Shown: in pieces, positions 51,490 through 62,701 of the stretch | Layout of the letters: every line of letters starts with the position of its first letter | Position numbering within the stretch: the stretch's first letter is position 1 | Source: Psammoneis japonica | Lineage: Eukaryota | DNA: 64,000 nucleotides | Direction: 5' to 3' | NCBI GenBank assembly: GCA_008632985.1 | Contig: QPGO01000252.1 | Location: forward strand, 1 to 64,000 | Notes under the pieces: generated by a model | What the model saw: the letters and a program-made list of their open reading frames with translations, nothing else | The model's database searches: none | What the model was told of the DNA's origin: nothing | Position numbers and translations under genes: made by a program

Positions 51490-51910
51490 TTCCTGCGGTC
51501 ACAAATGTGAGCCATGCGGCATTTGTGGTGCAAAGTTCAAGGCAAAAGTAGAACTGCACATGGCTGACAAAAATGTGGCGGATTGAATGGTCATGGTTTT
51601 TGTTTCAATTGACACATCTTGTGTGCAGAACAAAGCGGGTCGTTTGGAATCACTCTGTTGTCGTGCAGCCACAAATGCAAACCATGAGGCATCTGGAGCA
51701 AAGGCCAAGGCAAAAGCACAGCCTCACAAGGTTAGTGAAAATGTGGCAGATTGATTGACAATGTTTGTTCTTCCCTTTGACCAATCTCATGTGCAGAACA
51801 CAGTGTGTCATTTTTTCCTTCTTGTGTCGTGTGGTCACAAATGCAAACCACAACAGCTCTGGAGCAAAGGCCAAGGCAAAAACAGAGCCACATGTGAGCA
51901 ATGTTAATGT
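51490..51910. repeat. Degenerate tandem repeat, ~168 bp unit, about 2.5-3 copies
   Basis: cacaaatg...gcaaag..caaggcaaaa...aatgtg recurs at ~51500, 51670 and 51836. Confidence 0.75.
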
Positions 51911-54900
51911 GCATGATTTAATGGTGAAGTTTGTTCTTCCCTCACTCCACCACAAGGGGCCGCTTTGTGTCGATTTGCATCCGTCATGGTCGTGCATCAT
52001 TTTTTCCGCGCGCCGCACCGGTCGCCATGAGGATAAAAGCACACCCGCCTGTCTGTGGTTGCCGCACATTGCCGCATTCCATTCATTTTTTGTTCCCCTC
52101 CCCTGAGCCCCCGCTGAATTACCCTCATTTCCCGGGAATTCCCCAAAAGGGCAAGGCAATTCCCCCTTGCCCTTGCCATTTTGGGGAATCCCCAAATGGC
52201 TAAAACCAAACTGAGACCATCGGTGTTGCGGACATTGGCCCTTCCCCTGCCACAGCACTGTTGATGGTGCTGCTGCCAACACATGACCAGACAAGTGCTT
52301 CTGCTCATCTCCATGTCCCCCTGCTTGCTGAACAAAATTTAAGGTGCTTCCTGCACTGTTCCTTTTTGCCAGCTTCTCTGTGTGAGAAGTCCATTTTCAA
52401 CCGTGGCTTTTTGTCAAGAAGTTCAATGACAAATGGTCTGAGCTCACCAAAAAAGAGAAATCTGCTCTGGTCAACTGAGGTGGGCTGGACATTGACCACA
52501 TTCTTGAGTGTGTTTCCAACATTTGCTGCTGGCCACATGATGTGAAGTGCCAAGCTTGTTTGTTGCACAAGGGTGAGTGTGGCCATGGCCACCAGTGTCA
52601 GATTGATTTTTTGATGAGCAAATTGAAACAGCTCTGCCAAGCTCTGGGCATGGCTCCTGCCATTTGTCTCTGTGATCCCAAGATGTTTGTGCATTGCAAT
52701 GACACAGCAGTGACTCACAATGGGAACCAAGAAGATGCTGGTGCTTTGGCAAAAGACACAGACTGGCATGGTGTTCATGACAGAATTGAGTGTGGATGTG
52801 AGTTCAATGCCATTCCCAAGAAGAAAGCAGTCAAACAGCAGAAACCAACCCACTGCTGTGACATTGGCTTTGATGGTGGCCATCGAATGGATGTTCTTCC
52901 AGTTCAGATGGACACAGCTGTTCCAGCCTTCTTCAAGCCATGTGGCTGCCCAAGTCAAAGTCGTCAAACTTCTCAAACACCCATCAGGCCAACAATGTGT
53001 TCATTGATGCTGTGATTGAAGCTTGAGATGCCACAGGAAAATCAGGCACCCTTTGTCCCCAGGAGCAGCATGCATCTGTTTGATGATCCCTCTCACCCTC
53101 AGTGCAATGCAACATTTGGCAACACCTTGCACCCAAGATCAACACAAACTGTTCATGTTTCAGTGTGACCTGCAAAGTTCCTGGCTTTGATTGGGAGCAT
53201 CATGATGGCTCCCAGCTTGTGTGTGAGGTGTGCCTCTGTCTGTGTTTGACTTTCCAGCTTAACTGTGTTAAGATGGTTTTGGCACAATGTGCAATGAACC
53301 CAGCAAAATGTTGGTTGAGTCTGGTGGGGCAGGTGCACTCACAAAAACACAAAGTGCATTCCATCCGGTGCCCTTGCTGAAAGCTGAAAAAGCAAGGAGT
53401 GTTCTCTTCCCATTGTCAGAGTGGGGTGCAGCATCAACCTTAACAACATGAGGCAACATGTGGAACAATTGCTTCTCATCCCAATTGTCCATGCAGAACC
53501 AGCAAAAAGATTGTTGCAAGAGCACTGCTTGAACAAATCGCACTCTCCCATTGGCGCTGATCTAGAATGTCTGAGCACAATTGCTCCAAATCTTTGACTT
53601 ATCTTTCTCCATCAACACGTGCTTTGCTGAACAGCAAGGCAGACTAGAAATGAAGACTTTGCTCACAGTGGGGAGCATGGCCAGTGTTGTCTCCACTTGC
53701 AAGGATGCAGCAATCAACGACATTGCATTTGCAACTTCATTGCCCCATTGAGGAGAGGTTCATCCAACTCAGGCAGCAACAGAGCAAGGTTTTCTTTGTC
53801 TGCCTCTCTCATGACTCATTTGATTTGTGACCACATCAGAAAAATGTCCTTGTTCACCAAAATGCAGTTGCAAACTTGACCAGCACACAAATGCCCCTTC
53901 CTTGTGCATTTCATGGTGTGGTGATCTCTGACACACCAATGTGTTGTGCCTTCAAAGTCATTTCTTTGGGAAGATGCCAGAAGTGATTGGCATGACAAGA
54001 CCAACCTTTTCCACACATGAAACAATGACAAACTGGTTGCACTTGAAGTGAGTGTTCCATCCCCACAAGTTTCTTTGTCATCAATGGACTTTGTGGCTTG
54101 GTCACAATGTGGCTCTTTCTTGTGGCCTTGCTTCCAATTGTTGTGATGATGATCATCATGCAGAGAAGACTTCCGGCAATTTGGACAGAGTTGCTGGGGT
54201 GAAGAGTCTGCCAAGTGTCTTTGCAACATGTGTGCTTGAGATGGCACAAGTGTCTGTGCACAACCTGTTGCATGTCACATTGTCTTTGCTGCAGCCATTG
54301 GTGGAGGTGGGCATTTGCTGTGTCAAAATGGACAAGTCTGCCTTGCACAGATTGTCCTTTGAGCTGCCACTGAGATGATCATCCATGAAACAAGATGGCA
54401 GGACACCCTTGGTTGCAGAATCACAAATGGGCATGAACAAGAGAGCTGTCCCAGCCCAACTCCAACCCCAAAAACATGGTGTCAACAACACCAAGCATGT
54501 CACACATGTTGTTGCAGCTGCAAACCATGGGATCATTCCCTTCCTCCCCCACATTGAAAATGTCACCACCATCTTGATGCCTGTCATCTCCTGCATCTTT
54601 GGGATGGTTTTCCTTTGTGTCTGCACAACACAATCCAAAGCAGCAGCAATGGCAGAACAATGTGCATTTGTGGTGGCAGCAAGCAGCAAGCAAGGGTTCA
54701 TCATCGTCCTTGCCTTGCCCTTGCCCTTGTCATCAGATTGTTCATTGGAATCAGGCCCACATTGAGAGAGTGCCAGCATCAGAGAGATGTCCTCATTGCT
54801 GGAGCAACACAAAATTCATCTGAGCAAACAGAGTCATTGTTCAAGTCCAGTGAAAAATGAGTGTGCCATGGTGAAAGCACAAGTGAAGAATGGTGCAGAA

Positions 54901-55512
54901 TGGGGCACAACTGAGAATTCTTGATGATGCAATTAAGTTGGCATGCCACCAAAAACAGTGGTTTTTCATTTCACATCATCATTGCATGCATTCCTGGAGT
55001 TGAGCATGAAAAGGTCAGTTGGGACAAGTCTGTGACTTGGCACACACCCACTGTTGACCCCCAACTGGGATGCTGGCAGGCATTTTTGGTGATTTCTCTT
55101 TGAATTTTTCCACCGGGCATCAAATCCATCAATTGAATGGAAATTGGAGATTGGGAACAGAACTCACAAGTGCTCCCTGCCACATCACATGCACCAGTGC
55201 AATGCATGTCCACTGAGAGTTCTTGGGCCCCTCTTCCTTGGTGGCAGCTGACACTGGCTTTTTGGCAGTGGCAGACTGACTTGGGCCACTTGGCAACAGC
55301 ATCCTGCCTCTTCTGCCTTGCTCCTCTGAGCTGCAGCCTGAGCAGTCATTGCAACCCTGTGTCTCAGGAGCAGCAAAGGCTCTTCTTTCTCAGCCTTGCT
55401 TGCAAATTGCCAGCTGGAGTGCTGGCTTTCTGTTGAATGCTAAATGTGCAGAGTTGCAGCAGTGCTGGCCAACAAAAAAGACAAAATTGCCACTGTCACC
55501 ACAAGCCGGCAC

Positions 55513-55630
55513 AAGATCCTTGGCAGTGACCACAAAGAGACCTGGACTCACTGCTTGCCACACAGCAGCTTAAGATCCTTGACAGTGACCACAAAAAGAC
55601 CTTGAGTCACTTCTTGCCACACAACAGCTT
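55513..55630. repeat. 59 bp tandem duplication
   Basis: aagatccttgRcagtgaccacaaaRagacc...cttgccacacaRcagctt at 55513 and 55572. Confidence 0.85.
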
Positions 55631-57789
55631 TCTTCTTGGGAGCAACAGGGGCATCAGCAGGGCTGACAATGTTGGAAGACAGTGGCTCACATTTCCCCCC
55701 AAACAGAAGCTGCTTGAACTTTGCACTGGGAGGCTGCTCCTGCTGACCTGGTGTGCTGCATGGCTGCAAACTCAACTTGGGCAAGGGCACAGCTTTTGGA
55801 GTGTTGTTTTGCCACTGACAACTCTGGAAGCATTCTTCTCTTGAGAACACTGATGCCTGCTTTTGCAGATCTTCCATTGCTCTCTGCAAAAAAGAGAGGG
55901 ATGCAAGAGAACAAAAAAGACTGAAAAAGCAGAGGCAAAGGCCCAAACAGCTGCAGTGCAAAAATGTGGCAGCCACCATGACAACATGGTGGCTGCCACA
56001 CCTGGGGTTGTGGCAGCTCTCATGATGAGAACTGTGACCACCCCAGCACTCATTTCCATGGGTTTTTTGCACTTCTTTCCTTCCTGTTTTGTGCTCCTTT
56101 GGCATGATCACATCCAGTCTTTTCAGACTGATTGGCCACAGAACTTTTCCATGATCTTTGCTTGGACAGCATGGGATCAGGCAGCTGCCAAAGAGGTTGA
56201 GAATGACAAAGGGAACCTGGGAAATTTGCAGGTTTGAACTCTTCTGAGATTCCAGGCTGGCGCCAATGCAGACAGCAAAGATTTTGAACCTTTGCAACTT
56301 TCTACATGTTGCTCTTTCCACTGCCTCAACAAAGCCATTCTTTGAACTTTCAAACTTTGCTTGAACAATTCCTCACAAACAAAAAATGTCACATTGAGCA
56401 TGCACTGCATGTGCTGCTCTTGAGAACTTGTGGGTCATGGCAATGCAGGGTTGTGCACTCATTTGTCCGACATGGAGAATGAAACACAAAAAATAAAATG
56501 ACAACAGAGACAACTGCCAGCACTTGCAAGGGTTTTTAGGGCAACAATGCTGCAACCAAACAGACTGCTTGACAACAATTCCATCACAATCATTCTCAAT
56601 CCTCTGGAAAGGTCAGATGAAAAGAGAAGCATTGTTGTGCACTCAGCAATGGATGTGATGCAAGGTGTTGCATGTTGTTGAGTTAAAAGATGGCATTGGA
56701 ATTTGAGAGCAATGCACAAAATGTTGATTTTTGTGGGCAACGTGGAGCTGTTTGAATGCACTCAAACACTTCTGGGGGCACTGTGAAGTTTCAATTTTTT
56801 TTCATCAGAGCTTTTTCAGATGGCTCAAACTTTTTTTGTTGATGACAGAAACAATCTGCAAAGTGCACACATGGTCAAAAACATTGCAGGAATGTCAGAG
56901 AATGCAAAATCTTGTTCTTTTTCTGACTCTCAAAAATGTGAGACGAGTTGTCAACATGGTTCTTGGCACTTGCTTGGCAGACATTTTCTGTGCTTTTCAC
57001 GACATGAAGGCCATCTCCCTCATGCCACCTTTCTCAGAAATGGACAGCACCAACCCAAAAAAAAAACAAACTCATTTGCACTTCTTGGGTTTTGGGAGAT
57101 GCAGCAACTGCGCCAATGGAGCCTTTTCTGTCCATCACATGCACCCCTGAATCTGCTGATTGGCTGCAAAATGCACACCTGGGCAAGTTTGAATGACAAC
57201 AAGCCAAGCACACTTGCACCCACCTTTGTTGGCAAGCACCATGATTGTCACAGAAAATCTGTGCTATTTTGAAGCTTGTGCACCTGTGTTCAGAGGACAA
57301 ACAAAATCAGCATCTGCTCTGACATCTGCACAGCATCTGTCTTTCCTTCTCTGCAATGCAACACAGCAAGATCTGCGTGGACCTGGGCCATGCAAAAGGG
57401 AGAAGTGGCGGATGGAAGGATTCTTTGAAGACTGCACAATCCACCTGGTTCATGCCAAATCCAACCCAGTTTTAGCCAAGTCAGCAAAAATCTGTGCTTT
57501 TTGACAATCTGCACATGGAGAGCACAGGAAAATTGGGCAGCTGTGTCACTTTTTGGACATTTGTTGAAATGAGGTGGCCAAACATGTTTCAATGAGGCTT
57601 GCATGGGTTTTGTGTGTTGGCAACAAATGAAGTTGCTAAAAATGTCAGCACTGGCAATTGTGCCAAAAATGAACATGACAAGAGCTGCTCAACCTTGAGT
57701 GGAGCAGCAAAGAAAAACCAGCTTGAGAGTGCAGCAAATTTCATCCTGGCTGCACTCATTGCAGAGAAGAGTGCAAGCCCAAAACTTTC

Positions 57790-58060
57790 CAATGCAGAGT
57801 GGAAGAAAAAAATGGTTTCCAAAAAGACACAAGTTGGACAATTCTGCAAGTCATCCAAGTTCACTGCTGGGCATCGATCATGTCAACACATTGTTGCCAA
57901 GATGCAAGCAGTCAAATTTGGTCAGCTGTCCAAGCTCCACAACAGGGACAGTGTTTGTTGACAGGTTGTCTGCAAGACAGAATTCTGCCAGTTCTGTAAG
58001 TTGCCCAAGCTCTGTTGGAGTGGTTCCTTCTATTTTGCTGTTGCAAAACCCAAGATCACA
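57790..58060 (-). pseudogene. Decayed partial duplicate of the adjacent LRR coding segment
   Basis: Aligns with 58330-58590; translation DLGFCNSKIEGTTPTELGQLTELAEFCLADN...LGQLTKFDCLHLGNN followed by stops. Confidence 0.85.
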
Positions 58061-58237
58061 CACACACCAAAGCAGGTTATTGTGATCAGTGTCCAGACAC
58101 AAAAACAAGTGATTTTCAAACTGATGACATAAGAAAACGGACACCAGCAAGTCAAACCAATCTTAAAAGCTTGCATCCACTCTACCATAGAAAAGGATTT
58201 ATTTGAAAAACATTTTTTCACATCGCACAGGGTTTCT

Positions 58238-58830
58238 TCAAGAGTGTGGCCAAGGAAACGCGTCGGCCCAGTAAATTTCATCCCGGTGGCGTTTGTCGCC
58301 GAGAACGCGCAAGTCCAAAATTTCACAAGGCAGAGTGGAAGAAAAATGGCTTCCGAAAAGATACAAATTTGCCAATTTTGTGAGTCGTCCAAGTTCGCTG
58401 GGTTTGGATCCCATCAACAAGTTATCAGCCAGATGCAAGTAGTCAAGTTTGGTCAGCTGTCCAAGCTCCGTAGGGATGGTGCCTGATAATAGGTTGTCCG
58501 CAAGACACAATTCTCTCAGTTTTGTAAGTCGTCCAAGCTCAGTTGGAATGGTTCCTTCCATTTTGCAATTGCAAAACCCAAGATCTGTCAATTTCATTAA
58601 TCCAAGCTCAGTTGGAATTCTCTGGTGCATTGGACTGTGCTCAAGTTCAAAAACGTCAACGACTGCAGGTCGAAGACCTGCGTTGGTAGGTGAGCATCCG
58701 CGTTCGTCATGTCACCTGTCCTGGAGTCACCCGAATAAATAGATTTTAGCTCAGATTTTAACAAGCCAAGTTCTGTTGGAATGTATCCACTGTAGTTACT
58801 ATGCTCATTAGAGAATTCTCCGCACTCCAC
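58238..58830 (-). CDS. Plant-type LRR protein segment (IPTELGxLTxL repeats); frameshifted, possibly pseudogenising; 5' structure unresolved
   Basis: SGYIPTELGLL, EGTIPTELGRLTKLRELCLADNLLSGTIPTELGQLTKLDYLHLADN; frame change near 58620. Confidence 0.7.
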
Positions 58831-59389
58831 TCCCTTACGCCCGCCATCCTCGATTCCTCCGAAGCGACGAGTAAAGGATCAAGTCGGGGTCAATGCTGTC
58901 GATTTCTTTCTCATGATTCGGTTCTACCCATGCCGGCAACACGATCCTTCATAACGTTCTCTGAAAATGGCGTTGAGCCTATCAGCCATATCATTTAAAC
59001 TATCTGCTTTTTACGTGCTGCTTTCTTTTTCGAGCAGCCTTGTTGGTACTCTAGGCCTCCAGTCAGAATGCGCGGGTGCCACAACGAATGCTTCTGTTTG
59101 CCCAATTCGCACACTTTGCTGCTGCATCAGCAACGACAAAAGCAAGATAAGACAACACATGGGAAAGGTCCTCCATTATGTGGCCGAGAGCATGATGCGG
59201 ATTTCAAGACGCCGATGACAGAGAATCGCCGCAAGAAAATTTCCACGTTGCAACTCTTGTGTGCGTAACGCGAAAACCGGAAACTTGAGTCGTGCCCAAT
59301 TGCCAAATCTTCTCCAAAGAGGAAATCACAACCCTGATCGACTGACTCACTGACTGATGGAATGCTAGGACTCCTTGTTGCGCTCTCTG

Positions 59390-60417
59390 TCATGGGCTTC
59401 CGACAAAAACAAAATTCTGGAAATCAATTTCACCATTGGTGGCGCTCAACAGGGCAATCACAGACGAAGCCTGGACTGCTGGCGACAAATCTATTCTCTC
59501 TGCTACAACGTCATTGGCATTGTTACCCTGTGCATTTTGCCCACGCCGTGGCATTACTGTTTGCGTGCCAACGAGTTGGCTGTTTGCCGTGAAGAATTGA
59601 CAATCGATTTGGTCCACGTCAAAGCCTTCTCCAAAATAGTTCCAAAAATATACTGCTTCGAGATTGTACTCTACCCCATCAAAGTCAAAAATGAGTTCCA
59701 AAGGACCTGGATTCCACCGAACGTGCTCTGTTGGTTGTGCTGTTCACCTTCGTCCAAACCAAGACAGTCAACGACATTGGCGAGGGACTGCTGTGTGGGG
59801 ACATTCACAAAACCACCGCTCGGATTAGAATTTGGTCCTACGGATACCGTCACCGGAATGTTGTCGCTGCATAGCTGTAGAGTTGGAGTTGGTGTAGTCA
59901 CCACTACTTGTGTTGGCAGGTTTGTAGGGGATGGTGTTGGCTGCGGCGGTTCAGTCGGCGTAGTAGGTGTCGGAGCGGGCGTTGACGGGGAAGGCGATGG
60001 TGTAAGTAAAGGTGTCGGCGCTGGAGTTGGACTCGTTGTTGGTGATGGTGAAGGAGCTGGTGTTGGTGACGGCGTTAGTAGAGGCGTCGGAATGTGCGTC
60101 AGTGGAGTTGGTGGTAATGTTGGGGACAAGATACTGCCTTCTTCTGAATCCAACAGTCGCTACCAGAACGTGCTGTGTTCATCTCGTTCTTCTTGTGAAT
60201 CCACAATTTGTTTCCACAAGTCTTTGTACTGTCCATTGTTTTTCTTGTTATATGTAAAACCATATCCACTCAAAAGCATAGAGGAAGATGTTTGTACCTC
60301 ATTGCCGTTGCGAGTCTTTCTCAACATTGACGCACGAACCGCATCATTCTTGGCAGAACCCGCTTTTGCCTCAGAGGTGGCCACAAACACAACAAAGAGA
60401 AGCTCACTGAATCTCAT
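59390..60417 (-). CDS. Secreted mucin-like Pro/Thr-rich protein with a C-terminal beta-sandwich (discoidin/F5-8C-like) domain; interrupted in this assembly
   Basis: ATG at 60417 with signal peptide [25 protein letters not shown] repeats; [20 protein letters not shown]. In-frame TAG at 60160-60162 and a 1-nt shift near 59712. The domain call is tentative. Confidence 0.65.
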
Positions 60418-60658
60418 TCTGTTGCCAATGATTCGTTCTTTCCAATGAAGCAAAAGCTAATGACCAATCTCGTTGCTGCCGCTTGATGCAATGATTCCTT
60501 TTTGTTTTTTTGCATCGCTGATTTTGTGAGCGGAATTTTTCTTCAACAACGGTCATCCGTTGAGATAACGGTTGTAACCGCCAAACATTGCGTCTGGTTT
60601 TCGTCAGTTTCCCGCCACCACCCCTCATTTTTTCTTTCGAAATAAAAGCAACACCACG

Positions 60659-62628
60659 ATGTCCGACGACGAGCCCTTGACAAAGAAACAACGGGGTCGA
60701 TTAAAAAAGCTTCGAAAGAAAATATCCGAAACAAAAGTAGGAAGCGAAACAAGTGGCTTGACGTCTCGTCAGGATTGGGAAGAATGGAAACAATTGAGTA
60801 GTAGCAACGACAGCGACAATGGTCCGTGCGTGAGGCTGCGAAACGTTGTAGAGACATGCGAGGGCACAGATCATATGCACATTCTTGGTCGATTCTTATC
60901 TCGAAACCAAGTGGTCGGTAAGAAACGGAAACGCAATAAGGAAATTCCCCAATTCATAATTCCCTCTTGGGCAACCCTGCACAATCCCGCTGCTGCCGAC
61001 CGCATCGCCGTGATTCAAGTACAATTGGAAAACAATCTCGAATGCAAGGATGTGTCGGAACAACTACAGCATGTTATTACAGGAAAGGCTTTACCGACGC
61101 GCTGGTTTCAGGGAGAATCTCCCAAGTCTCTTTCCAATGTGCTCATGTATCTACCAAAAAATCATGGTTCTTCAAGACAAGAAGAGCAACGCGACAAGAA
61201 CGACGACCAAGCTGTAGTTTCGCTCTTGTTAAAACTGGTCTTGACCAAGGAACAGCAAGCTGGTGAGGGCTATCCCATGGCAAAGGAAGTAGCAAATGAC
61301 GATAGTAAGGATGTGAAAGCTAACGACAAGAAAACATATGTTGCAACAACTCCAGATGGCGATGTTGGAGAGCCTCGAGTGTTTGGTTTGGACTGTGAAA
61401 TGGTCCAAACTGCCGCCGGATCGGAACTTGCGCGGATCACTTTGATACAACTCGAAGCAATGTCTGAGCCTGAGTTTTCGTACGGTTGTCATGGACGAGC
61501 TGGTGAAACCTCATTTGCCCATATTGAATTACTTGACGGGTAAGGTGTGGTCGTTGTGTGTTGTTGGAAGTAGATACCTCTAGTTTCACTCGTGTCTAAT
61601 TTGCTTCTATTGATTTGCGCTACACCTTTTCTCAGAATACTCGGGCATAAATCGAACCATGTTGGAAAATGTCGAAACTCGCCTCAACGAAGTTCAAGAA
61701 AAGTTTTTGCATCGCGTCCATGCTAACGACGTTTTGGTGGGACATTCCTTGGAGAATGATTTGCACGCGGTGGGTGTGGTGCACGACAGGGTGGTAGACA
61801 CGGCGGTGTTGTTTCAAGCTTCGAATGGGAAAAAGTACTGTGCGTACAGTAGAATAGGACCCTTGCGTTTATGATGTTTTACAGTGGTCGTCGAACATGT
61901 CTCACTCTCAGATCATTCTATTTCTTTTCCAGCCCTCCGCCACCTGTCGGCCGTCTTGCTGAAGAAGCACATTCAACATCAAAAAGGTGGACATTGTAGC
62001 CAAGAGGACGCTGCTGCAGCCTTGGAATTGGCTGTACGCCGCGCGCAACAAGGAGATAGCTTTTGTATACATGAACGCAACGCGAATCACTTGTTTGGCG
62101 CCTTGCCGCCAATACATAAAACTGTTTGCGTGGGTCCCGCCGAGTGGCTACAACAACACGTGACTACTTGTAGTAACAGTGCACACGCACTGTCGTGTTC
62201 CAATGTATCAGATACTAACAGCAAGGCAATTGAATCTTATCTAACCAGCACAACAACGCGCAAAGCGGATTTGGTGTGGGCCAATCTAGTGGTGGAAAAC
62301 GAACAGCATGTCTTGAAACTTAGGGAATTGCTGGTGAGTCGTTCGGAGAATGGTTGATCTTCTACCTCTACGCGTCTCAAACTAAAATGTTTCTTTCGTT
62401 ATGTAGTCTCGATTGGTTACAAAGTTACCGTCTGGCACAATCGTTTTGGTGGCTTTGCAACAGGGGCACAACCGTGCCATGGCGAGTGCCAAGCAACGCA
62501 AAGCGTGCCGAGACCATCGAAGCACGACGGGTTGGTCCGTAGTACAGGAACAAGCCCACCAAGACTTGCTGGAAAAGAGCCGCTACGGCGCAGCCTTTTG
62601 GATTGGAACGAGGAGTAGTACTAGTTGA
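60659..62628 (+). CDS. DEDDh RNA exonuclease, REX1/REXO1-like
   Basis: ExoI VFGLDCEMV, LT|EYSGI, ExoII LVGHSLENDL, SLRHLS, ExoIII HCSQEDA. Introns 61540-61635, 61840-61932 and 62334-62406. One apparent 1-nt frameshift near 61484. Confidence 0.9.
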
Positions 62629-62701
62629 ATGGCAATTTGGCGCTATACCAGTTAAATCGACGATGTTATCAAGCAGAAACACCATTTATGACTTCCCATC
62701 A

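Noticed and set aside
52300..57700. Possible decayed DNA-transposon coding sequence
   Set aside because: It looks formerly coding, but I could not identify a catalytic motif. It needs a profile search after in-silico reversion of TG/CA.
59375..60448. 357 aa plus-strand Gly/Val-rich ORF
   Set aside because: It is the antisense shadow of the Pro/Thr-rich minus-strand gene.
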